From NCBI GenBank assembly GCA_958009085.1, contig OY253676.1, positions 310,001 to 374,000 of the forward strand: 64,000 bases of DNA, given 5' to 3'. Shown piece after piece: positions 13,351-23,542 of the stretch (its first letter is position 1; each line of letters starts with the position of its first letter). Under the pieces are notes generated by a model. That model had not been told where the DNA came from. It saw nothing but the letters and a program-made list of their open reading frames with translations, and ran no database searches. This DNA comes from Protoeuglena noctilucae (taxonomy: Eukaryota). Made by a program: the position numbers and the translations under genes.

Positions 13351-16300
13351 ATGTCCTCCCGCGTTTTCTTCAAGCTCCGGAACCATCGCAAGCAGGAAGA
13401 GGTACTTAGGCCGCTTGCCCGCCGCGCCATGGTGCGTGACGCATGGGATGATGTGCGAGAGCCTCTCAGCAGGGACTTGCTGTGCCCTTTCTGCCCCCCT
13501 GTGTATGACCTTAAAGCTATCTATCCGAGGCGAGGTATAGGTGGGCGCCGTCCTGCCGTGCGTGCCCCGGGCCACCGCTGTGGGCGCCGCGCACGCGAGG
13601 GTGGCGAGCAACGATGCGCAGGCCTTCCAGGCAAAAAAAAAAAAAAAACAGCCTGGCAGCATGCGAGCGCCTCATCCCTCTCAGCGCGTGGCGGACTGCG
13701 TTGCGGCTGCCTCCTGGCATTTCGGCTGCCTCTTGGCTGACGGGCGCACCGGTCCGTGGGCAACAGCCGTGCTTCCTTTCCCGTGGCCCCTTTGGCCGCG
13801 TCGAGCCTTCGCGTGACGAAGCTGTTATATGCCCCTTGCTCGTTGCCAGTCGTCATGTGCCTGGTTGCTTTGCATGCGCTCCCGTTGTACGTGGCTGTGC
13901 GAGGCGTGGCGTTCAAGCAGCTCTGGGGTGCACCGTGGCACGCCTGCCTCTGTTCTCAGTCGCCAGCTCGTATCGTCCCCCCAACGCCGCCTGCAGGTCC
14001 GATTTACGGGCGGCTTCATCTCGGTGGCCGAGCTCAAGCGCTTGATTGCTGCCAAGGCGGGCTTTGGAGAAGGTGCTTGCCCTCGCCCTCCCTGTTGCTC
14101 TGCGTGTCCATGTCGTGGTGGCACCTGCGTGGGCTCGTCCACGCGGCCCGTTGCACTTTGGCGCTCACCTTGGACATCGCAAGCATTGCTCAGCTCCACT
14201 GCTGGCGCCGCTCGTACCCTGGAGCTAGTTTGCTGTTCGCCCAGCCATCCTTGGCCGGGCCTGCTAGCTCTGGCGCGTCTAGTCGCCAATGTTGGGACCG
14301 CTCTTTGCACTGTGCCGTTGCCCCTACCCACGGCGCCCTTCAACGCTACGACTCCCGCAGATGCTGCGGGTGAATTGGACCTGACGGACCCCGTGTCGGG
14401 ACGGGAGCTGCGGGACGACGCGGAGCAGCTGGCGCGCAACGCGTTGGTGGTAGTCAAGCGCGTGGCATACAAGCCCAATCAGCTGGGCGCCAAGGCAGAG
14501 CCGGACAGCGAGGCAGTCAAGGCACGGCGCCGCCTGCGACCTCCGCCGCGCATGCTATGGCTTGTGAACGTGGGGTCTCTTGCTTGCTGCTTGTGGACCT
14601 GGTTAATGACCCGTTGTCTCGATGTGAACGTGACAGCGCCCCCGTGCCGCCGGCTTCGTCGCAGCATGACGCCCCTCAAGAGCCCGCCGCGCCCGCCGTT
14701 AACGAGGAGGAGGCTTTCGGGACTGGCCTGTTCGCCCCGGCTGCGGCCGCCACCGCAGAAGACACTGCCATCCTTGACGAGCTGCAGTGAGCGGCGTGGG
14801 GCTGCCATGCAATGCCCCTGCAGTTTGGCACGCTGTCAGCCGTCGCAGCCGGTACTTGTCGGCTGCAAGAACTCACTGGCGACCACCGTGGCATGTTTAG
14901 GCGCTTAGTGCACGGAATGCGTCAGTCGGTGCCCCTCGCCCCATCCCGTATGAGCAAGCCCACGCCGCCTTGCCCCTGCAGGAAGCGTCTGCAGTCGGAC
15001 ATCAAGAGCGTGCAGCAGGCGCCGCGCTCCGTGCGGCCCAAGCGCGGCAACGTGGCCCCACAGGCAACCTACGTGTGCCCCATCTGCCAGAAAACGGGGC
15101 ACTGGGAGAAGGACTGCCCCGTGGCCAAGGACCCTTCGGTCAAGAAGGTCAAGCTGCCCAACGGCGTGCCCACTTCCGTTCTCATGCTCAACCCCGACGG
15201 GGGCCTGCTCCTTGAAGGCCAGATTGCTGTGTCAGTCGCCGACGCCCAGCGCGACATCTTGCAGGACCTCCAGGGCGGCGCTGCGAGCGCGCCGGCCCCC
15301 GCGGCTGGGGCGGAGGGCAAAGAACTGGTGGCGGCCGGGGAGGGGGGTGCGCTAGTCGCAGGTGGGGAGCAAGGGAACGCGGCGGACACGCAGGGCGCGT
15401 CCCTGATGCCAGTGCTGCAGTCGGGGACCATCCGGAGGCCGTTGCCGCGGCCGGCGGACTGGAAAGAGCGGGAGATTAAGGAGAAGGAGGAGAGGAGGTG
15501 AGCGAGAGGGCGGTGGGGTGGAGCCCAGGGGCAGGGCATGCTCAGGTGCATGCCATACCGCGGTGTGCTGAGTGTGATGGCGAGGCATTAGCGATCGGAG
15601 ACGCAATCCCTGCCATATCAGCGCCCCGCACACATTTTCATGACCGAGTATCTCTATGTGTGCAGGCGTGAAGAGGTCCGTCGTCGTTTGGAGGCTGAGG
15701 CAAAGGCAAAGGAGACAGCGGCGGCAGTGGCCATGGTGAAGGAGGCCACGCCCTCGCCCGTCAACATCCCAGCAGTGCCGCCGAAGCCGCCACCCCGGCC
15801 GAGCCAGGGTGCCAAGCCGGGGGCCTCTCAGCCCATGTCGCAGCCCATGTCGCAGACCATGTCGCAGCCTATGGTGATGGGCGGCATGATGCCGCGGCCC
15901 ATGGGACCCATGGGGCCCATGGGCATGCCGATGGGCTTTCCGATGAGCGGGCCCTTCCCGCCAGGCATGCCGATGCCGATGGGCATGCCTGGTCCCATGG
16001 GCATGGGCCCGATGGGCATGCCAGGCATGATGGGCATGGGCCCGATGATGCCAATGGGACCCATGGGCCCTGTGATGCCGATGCCAGGCCCGCTTCCCAT
16101 GGGCATGGGCATGCCGCCTCCTGGGGCCATGGGACCTCCCCAGGGACACCCCGCAGCGATGGGCCAAGCGCCGACGAGTGGGCCGCCTAACAGCACCGAC
16201 ATGCCCGCACGCCCGCCGACCATGGGACCACCTCAACAGCCCTTGCCCGCCGCGCTGCCTCAGCCGCCCCAGGTGCGTCCGCGCTGCAGCGCTGCGGCTC

Positions 16301-17816
16301 CCTTTGCTCGCCACGCCTTGTTGGTTGCTGCTCGCCACCCAGGCTTGCAGTGTGGCGTCTTTTTGCCATGTCCGACCATGCTACTGAGTATGGCTGATGA
16401 GCGCCGCCGTCGACTGCACGCAGCCCCCGCAAATCCCCGGCATCCCCGCCTCGGCCATGCCGCTTCTGCCCAAGGGCCCCGTGCCGGCGCTGCAGGAGGC
16501 GCTTCAGCCGCCCCGCCCGCTCTCCCGCGAGGAGTTCTACGTGCTCCAGTACCAGCACGGGGTGCGCCTGGGGCTTTGGGACGGCGCGGGGGGCATCGCC
16601 GAGACGGTGCGGCGCATGCGGGAGAACTGGGCTGAGGACTATGCCGACACGTATCGGTACACCGAGGAGCGGGAGAGGGAGAAGGAGCGGGAGCGGCACA
16701 GAGATCGGGATCGGGACCGGGGGCGCGACAGGGACCGGGGCAGGGACCGGGATAGGGATAGGGACAGGGATAGGGACCGAGAGAGAGAGCGGGACTCACG
16801 GAGGGACAGGGAGCGGGATAGGGACCGAGACTCAAGGAGAGACAGGGACAGGGACAGGGATCGAGACAGGGACCGAGAGGCGAGGCGACACGGGGTCAGG
16901 GACCGGGACGACCCGCGCCACCGCGGCGACTCGCGTCCCTCGTCGCGACGCCCGCGGTCCCGCTCCCGGTCGCGGACGCGTTCCCGCTCGCCCTCGCGCT
17001 CGCACCGGCGGTCGCAGGAGGGCCGGGACGCGGGGGCGGGGAGGAGCGGAGCGAGGGATTCGGAGTCGCGCCGGGACTCGCGGCGCGGGGACGGGGGCAG
17101 GCACCGCGACAGGAGGAGGTCGCAGGACTCTCACGATCGCCGGGAGCGCTCGGCGTCCCGCTCGGCGTCGCGCGCGCACGGAGAGAGCGTGGCCGACGCG
17201 GCTGCCACGACGGACCAGGCGGCGGCGGAGGTGGTGGCTGCGGAGAGCAGGGCCAAGGGAGCGGCGAGCGCCAGCAGCAGCGGGAGCGAGGGGGCCAGGA
17301 CGGGCTCGCCTGCTGTGGGGGACTACTACGCAGGGGCGGCGGGGTCGGCGGGCGGTGCTGGGACCGAGCGCGAGGGATCGCCAGTGGTTGGGGAGGGCCG
17401 CGAAGACGGGGATTCCTCACGAAGGCACGAGGATGACGCTGGAGCCGGGGGTGAGGGGCAGGGCGCAGACGCGGAGCGGGGGAGCAAGCGGGCGAGGAGC
17501 GACGAGGGCGACAGCGGTGGCGGTGGCGAAGACAGGTGCGGGGTGGGCGGGGGCTGCGTGCTTGTGGCTGGCAGCTGCATTTCGCGACGTTTCCGCGAGG
17601 CCTCTGCTTGATTGCAGGTCGGGCAAGCGCGTGCGGCAGAGCAGCCTGGATCATGGGGAGGGCGGGGGAACACCCGAGGTGAAGGGGCGAGGAGTGCCCT
17701 GTGCCCCGGGGACGGGGGCTCTTTTCCAGAAGGCGCTTCTCGGATCGCTGCCGACGAGCGACGCGGGGAGCAGCAGGCCGCACGCGGAGGCTCTGAGGCT
17801 GCCGGAGCGGCGGTGA
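13351..17816 (+). CDS. RBBP6: RBBP6/Mpe1-like mRNA 3'-processing factor (DWNN domain + CCHC zinc knuckle + Pro/Met-rich + RD/RS-rich tail)
   Basis: Spliced N-terminus MSSRVFFKLRNHRKQEE|VRFTGGFISVAELKRLIAAKAGFGE|DAAGELDLTDPVSGRELRDDAEQLARNALVVVKRV is DWNN-like; knuckle YVCPICQKTGHWEKDCP followed by KKVKLPNGVPTSVLM; stop at 17814-17816. Confidence 0.85.
16665..16880 (+). repeat. Coding RD/RE dipeptide (6-nt) low-complexity repeat
   Basis: EREREKERERHRDRDRDRGRDRDR... encoded by agggac/cgggac hexamers. Confidence 0.9.
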
Positions 17817-18237
17817 CGCGACCTTGTCGTAGGGCGGGGCAACCCCTGCCAGTCGCGCTGCGCTTCCTGCGCTTCGCATCGCTTGCCTTCGCTCATTTCA
17901 ATTGCTTAACAAACCGCTTGCAAGCCATTGAACGCCGAAGTGCTCGTGTCTTCTTCATTCCTGCTTGCCTCGTGTGCTTGCTCGGGCTTCCGATTGTGAA
18001 CTTCTCAGGGGGCGAGGAACACGGCGATACCTGTGCCGAAGCTACTTGACTCGTCTTGTGTCCTGAGGCGGCCCCGGACGACCAGATAAGAGCGCGGAGG
18101 TGAAAGCAACGCGCCACCTCGCATCGGAAGAGTCTTTTGCAAAGCAAACGCTTTCATTAGAAAACAAAGTATAACCTCCTTCCGCTATCATGGGCTGTTG
18201 CGACAACGAGCAACAAAGCGATGAACAAGGCGGGCCT

Positions 18238-18269
18238 TGTTCATGGAGCACGGTGTTCATGGAGCACGG
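18238..18269. repeat. 16-bp perfect tandem duplication upstream of the pseudokinase-exonuclease gene
   Basis: tgttcatggagcacgg x2. Confidence 0.85.
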
Positions 18270-18307
18270 TGCATGTAACCCTGGACGCACGCTCTCTTCA
18301 TCCGCAG

Positions 18308-20427
18308 ATGGCCGCTGTCGTAGAGGCGCCAACAGAGGTGGAAAAGGTCCCGTTGACGAACGCGGGCATTCCGGATTGGGGCTTGGATGCGGTGGGAGGG
18401 GAGGTCAAATTTCGCTTCAAGCTTGACCGCGACGACGAGAGCCGGGGGCAATGCGTCGTGGTGCGTGGCCATCGTAGCCTGTACATATGTGTCGGCCAGA
18501 GCACGAGCGCGTTTATGACACAGCAAAGGGTGCTTTTGCTCAGGTCAAGCAATACCGCATCGGCGACCGGGACACCAAGGACGTCAAAGCAAGTCTGCGG
18601 CAGCTGATGGCAGGACCCGGAGCAAGCTACCTTTGGCCGTGAGTCGATGCTGTCGGCCAAGCGCATGGCACCAAGCATATCCCCTGCTCTCGTTTCACGG
18701 CAGCCCACTCCACCTACCCATCCACTGCAGGATGTTGGATGTCGAAACGTCTGTTGACGGCTGCCTGTCCGTCACATCTCCCTTCGCTTTTGCTGGGTCC
18801 CTGAAGACACACATGCGTCTTGATCGGGCCGCGTTCGGGGAGGCCAACATCAACAGGTTTTTGGACTTGGCGGAGGGGCTGCTCCTTGGCCTGCAGCACC
18901 TGCACGGGCAGGGCCACGCGCACGGCTACCTGACGCCAGGGACGGTGCTTTTCAGCGATGCTAGACGGGTGAAGGTGGCGGGGTTCGAGATGGCGGTGGT
19001 ACAGCCCCTGCTGGCGGATGCGCCTCAGGTAAGCTCGGCGCAGTGGAGCAGGTCGTGGGACTGTGCAAAGCCTGAAGAGGCTTTCACGACTTAAGGGCCT
19101 TCCCTTCGTGTGATTTCAGATCACCGGGTCGACAGCTCGGCACATGGCCCCGGAGCTCTTAAGCGCAGAACCAAACGCCAAGTCTGACGTGTACTCTGTC
19201 GGCATGGTGCTGCTCCATGCGACATCGCGTGAGGAGCCTTTCGGCGAGTTTGACGACTTCATGGACGTCTGCGGTGATGCCGGGAAGTACCTGCTGAAGC
19301 TTCACTTTAAGCAATATGGGTGGATGCCAGGGCCCATTCGCACTGCCATCAACCACGCCCTGCGATCGCCAGATCGCCGCCCCTCGATCGAGGCGTTCCT
19401 GGACGCTGTCCGCCAGAGTAGGTGGGCTGTGATGCATTCGTCACCTTGCAGGGGTCCTGGGCTCAGACACCACCAATGATATCGTGCGTGCACCCTCTTC
19501 CTCAGGGCACTGCTGGGCCAGCAGGATGACGCGGCATTTGACCTGGCGGCCCTCGGGGATGCCCTGCCTATCTCGCCGACGTGGGAGGGGCAGGAGCGCC
19601 AAGGGGTCATTACATGCTCGGATTGCAAGTACTCGTCCAACTCGACAGAGTTCCCCACCTGCACGCTCCGCTGTGGGTATGACCAGTGCTCCTGGCACCT
19701 GAAGAGTCCTGCAGAGCCCAGGCTCAGGTTAACGGCGGCGCCCCAGGACCTTGTGTACATATTTTACGATCTTGAGGTCGCCTACTATGCTGCGACCGGA
19801 GCCTGCCGCAGCCGGGCGCTCTGGGAGATCGGCGCGGTCGCCGAGGACGGGCGGTGCTTCACCAAGCGCGACCTCAAGGACGCTGGGCAGGAGGCCGAGA
19901 AGGACGCCGTGCGGGCGTTCCTGCAGTGGGTGTGCGACGTGTCAAGGTCCACCCTGGCAGAGAGAGGGCGTGAGGCTGTCAGCCCCGCGCAGGTGGTGCT
20001 GGTCGCCCACAACGGCAGCAACCATGACCATCACCTCCTCCTGGCTGCGGTGGAGCGCCACGGTCTCGTCATTCCCGACTTCACTCTGGGCGACAGCATG
20101 GTTGCCATCAGAAGGAATCTCCCCAGCGGCCTGGAGAATGCCCAGTTGCCTGAGACGCTGGTGCCCCATTACTCGGGTGACATGGTGCGGGGTAGGCCCA
20201 CAAAAAAACTCATGCACCACGGGGACGTCGATAGCGTGTTTTTGGCGGCTGTGGTGATGAGGTGGGACGTGAGAGGCTGGCGCGAGGCCCTGGGCAAGTA
20301 CTGCACGAGCGTGCAGCGGTACTGGGACTCACTCGGGGACCAGTTCGAGAGGTGGTTCTCCCACAAGAAAGAACAATTTTCTCACGAGTTCGAAGTGGGG
20401 TCTTTGAGCGTTTCAGACACCTTCTAG
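18308..20427 (+). CDS. Pseudokinase - Cys/His cluster - DEDDh 3'-5' exonuclease fusion protein (589 aa, 5 exons)
   Basis: Exons 18308-18460, 18544-18638, 18731-19028, 19120-19421, 19506-20427, all GT-AG, sum 1770 nt, open frame. Kinase fold: VVVK, LQHLHGQGHAHGYLTPGTVLF, VKVAGFE, HMAPE, KSDVYSVG, RRPS. Exonuclease motifs: FYDLE, LVAHNGSNHD, HHGDVD. Confidence 0.85.
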
Positions 20428-20530
20428 TGCATCTGCTACCCGTGGCGGTAGCAGGCACGGGTCGTGGGCACATCGCCATTGAAAAGAAGAAAGCCGGACA
20501 AATACCCCTCACTGGCGACAGAGTCCCTCG

Positions 20531-21081
20531 CTATTGTTCCAACTGCTTCCGAACCTCGTCGTTCCGCGCCATGCCCCGCATCAGCATCCCCATCATCGCG
20601 TCCGCCCCCTGCCCCGCCTCCTCAAAAACCACCTCCAGCTCGTTTCCCCCGGGTGTCCCGAACGCCAACTTGCTGCGTGGCGCCACCATGTAAGACACGC
20701 CCGCCCTCAGCTCGACCCCTCCCAGGTACGTGCGAGAAGCCCTGCGTGCGGGCAGCGTGAGGCAGGTCCCTTGTTGCCCACCAAGCCATGCTGAAGGACG
20801 GGTGCATAGGGATACAAGTGCTCTTACCCGTTCAGTGCCTTCACGAAGACCCTGCCCTGCGCGTAGCGAATTTCCGCGTGCTCGTCGAACGTCTCGGGCC
20901 CCGTGATCCGAACGTCCGCCTTTTCGGCCCTCCCGACGGTGAGCTGGCCGGTGAGGGATATGGGCGGGCCCGATCCGGGACGAAGCTCCGCTGCGCCCTT
21001 CTCCGCGCGAGCTAGGACGGCTCGGCGCGACCCCCGGGCCATGCATGCCACCGAGAGGCGCGGCCGCTGGATGCACGCCAT
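20531..21081 (-). CDS. FHA-domain protein with probable organellar transit peptide (2 exons)
   Basis: LTVGRAEKADVRITGPETFDEHAEIRYAQGRVFVKALNG|ASRTYLGGVELRAGVSYMVAPRSKLAFG fits the FHA fold (GR, H, terminal FG); intron 20827-20742. Confidence 0.75.
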
Positions 21082-21272
21082 CTCGTGCAGGCAGGGGCGG
21101 CTACTGTCTCTGAGGAGTAGATCGATGCTCACAGAGACGGTGTGTGTGAGCCCATTCGGGAGAGGAGGTGCTGAGATCCTGGGAGGCCACGACCGTCGTC
21201 TGGCGTGTCATCAACACGCTGGGAAGCGGTGAAAGCCAGCCAGAACACACCGCCAGGGCAGTGACCGAGCCA

Positions 21273-21324
21273 GTTCCTGCATCAGCTAATCGGACGCGGT
21301 TCCTGCATCAGCTAATCGGACGCG
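21273..21324. repeat. 26-bp perfect tandem duplication in divergent intergenic region
   Basis: gttcctgcatcagctaatcggacgcg x2. Confidence 0.9.
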
Positions 21325-21807
21325 GCGATCATCGGCCCCGTGCATCGCGACATTCGAGGAACGGCAGTGAGGCAAGTCACGCCGGCCATTCTGCCGCATT
21401 ATGACGTGCGCAATCCTTTCCTGTTCATCATTGCAAGCCAGGGGATAGCGGACATGCGCTATGCGTTCGTCGGCGGACTGGTACAAGCCGATAAAGCCAA
21501 TTTCGACTCGATGCGACGGCGATGGGATTTGGCCCGCGTTTTAAATGCTTTGTTTTGCCGGTAATGAGGACCCGGCGTCGCAGATGGGCTCGGGACGCTT
21601 TGTGCTCGCCAGCACAGCCACACTTGCTCTCCCTCGCTCGCGCCCCGGCTCTGCTTCCCACACAAAAGCATGAGTTGGTTGTAGATGGCTAGCTAGATGC
21701 TCTCTGCGTCACTTTTGCCAACTGCATGGCCCAGGCGCGCGCTGAGGTGCTCCCTCTGGTGCCCACCCGCGCAGCGGCCCATCCGGCGAGGCGGGAGGCG
21801 GGAAGCC

Positions 21808-23046
21808 ATGGCACTTCGAGCCGCACGTCCAGTCATGATGCCGCGGTGAGGGCGCGGGGTGCCTGAGAGGCGAGACCGCGGCGCGTGGGCAACGCAGAGG
21901 GAGGCTCACACCTCGCACCCATGTTCATCCCAGGGCAGTCGTGGCGCCCCGGGCGATGTCCATCCGTCGGGGCCTGGTCGTGATGGCGGCAGGTGCGCGC
22001 GCTGTGCTAGGATGGCTTTCCATATCAGCGTTGGCCCAGGCACGGCGGTGGCAACTTCCCAGACCAACGCGAGCCATGCTTGCTCCCCCGCAGCGCCGAC
22101 CACGACCAAGATGGCGAAGGAAGCGAAGCAGAAGATGGAGGTGAGGAAGCTGGTAGAGGGTAAACATGAACCCCGCCTTCTTATCTCCTCGATGACTGCT
22201 GAGCGCTGGCGGGCGACAATGGTGTTGGGTCCAGCTGGTAGCGTCCCGGAGGTTGCCCCTGAACCACGACCGCAGAAGTCCGTGAGCAAAGTGGCGGAGG
22301 ACTTTGCGACGCTGCGTACGGGTCGCGCCGACCCCCGTATGCTGGACCGGATCGAGGTGGAGTATTACGGCGCCATGACTCCGTTGAACGGGGTGGCGGC
22401 CGTGTCGGTGGCGGACGCCACCACGCTGTCCATCCAGCCGTACGACCTGTCTGCCCTGGCGGCCATCGGTGGGTCCGCGTCGCCGAGGCTGCGGCCGTCC
22501 CGCGCCTGTGGCAGCCGCGCAACTGCCGGCCGCCCGCCATGTCTGCAGAGCGGGCCATCATGGCTTCGGACCTGGGCATCACGCCTCGCAACGACGGCAA
22601 GGTCATCCGCCTGTCCATCCCGCCCCTGACGGCCGAGCGCAGGACGGAGCTGGGCAAGCAGGCCGGCAAGGCGAGGGCCGCGGCTTGTGCCAAGCGCCGC
22701 CGAATGGTGCCGATTGCGGGAGCGGAATGCGCAACCGGTGTCTGGCTCGCAGTTCGGGGAGGAGGGCAAGGTGGCGCTCCGCAACATCCGCCGCGACATC
22801 CTCAAGCAGTTGGAGAAGGACGCCAAGTCCAAGGACAGCCCGATCTCGGAGGTGAGGGCCGGCGCAGCCTGCCGTGCGACGACACGCGCCGGCGATGGGC
22901 GGGACGCGGTCAGCGGGCATCCATCCGTGCGCCTGCAGGACGAGAAGAAGGCGATTGAGAAGGAAGTGCAGGGCGTGACGGACGAGATGGTCAAGAAGAT
23001 CGACGAGTTGGTGTCTCAGAAGCAAAAAGAGCTGGCGAAGGTCTGA
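21808..23046 (+). CDS. RRF: Ribosome recycling factor, probably plastid-targeted (7 exons)
   Basis: [84 protein letters not shown]...KQKEL; N-terminal transit-like [13 protein letters not shown]. Confidence 0.95.
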
Positions 23047-23542
23047 AGGGGGCCGCCAGGCTGTTGAAACTGACTGGGACGACACGCCCCTTGCTGGGCC
23101 GAATGAAAGACTGAGGTGCACTCTCCCTCTCTGCTAGGGCTCTCTCAGTTCATCGATGACGCATTGGGGAGTATTGTCCCTTTCTGAGCCCTCTCTGGGC
23201 CTGCGTCATTCCAGCGGGGGTAACTCAGCTAGGGGAGGGGCAACCACTTGGCATCTGCAACCCTCAGCGGCAAAAGAAGCATACACCGTCACGTAGCTAA
23301 CGCAGCGGCCGTCCCGGCGGCGCCTGTAGCTGAGAGGGCGTGCATGTGGTGACATCCCAGATGCTCACGGAATCTTCTCCCTTGCCTGCGCGTCGGACTT
23401 TTCTCTTGTTTTGCAGCACCTATCTGCGCACTCTCGCCCTGGCCCCGCTTTCCTAGAGCACACGCCACTCTCTGCCTTCATCACGCCGACCCATGCGACG
23501 GACGCCCCGCGGAACGCCCTGCGCGCGCACGTCACGGCCGGC

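Noticed and set aside
13445..13530. Possible intronic C/D snoRNA
   Set aside because: Only imperfect C and D boxes, no terminal stem and no recognisable guide
23214..23285. tRNA-like start gggggtaactcagctagggg
   Set aside because: No T-loop GTTCRA and no cloverleaf pairing
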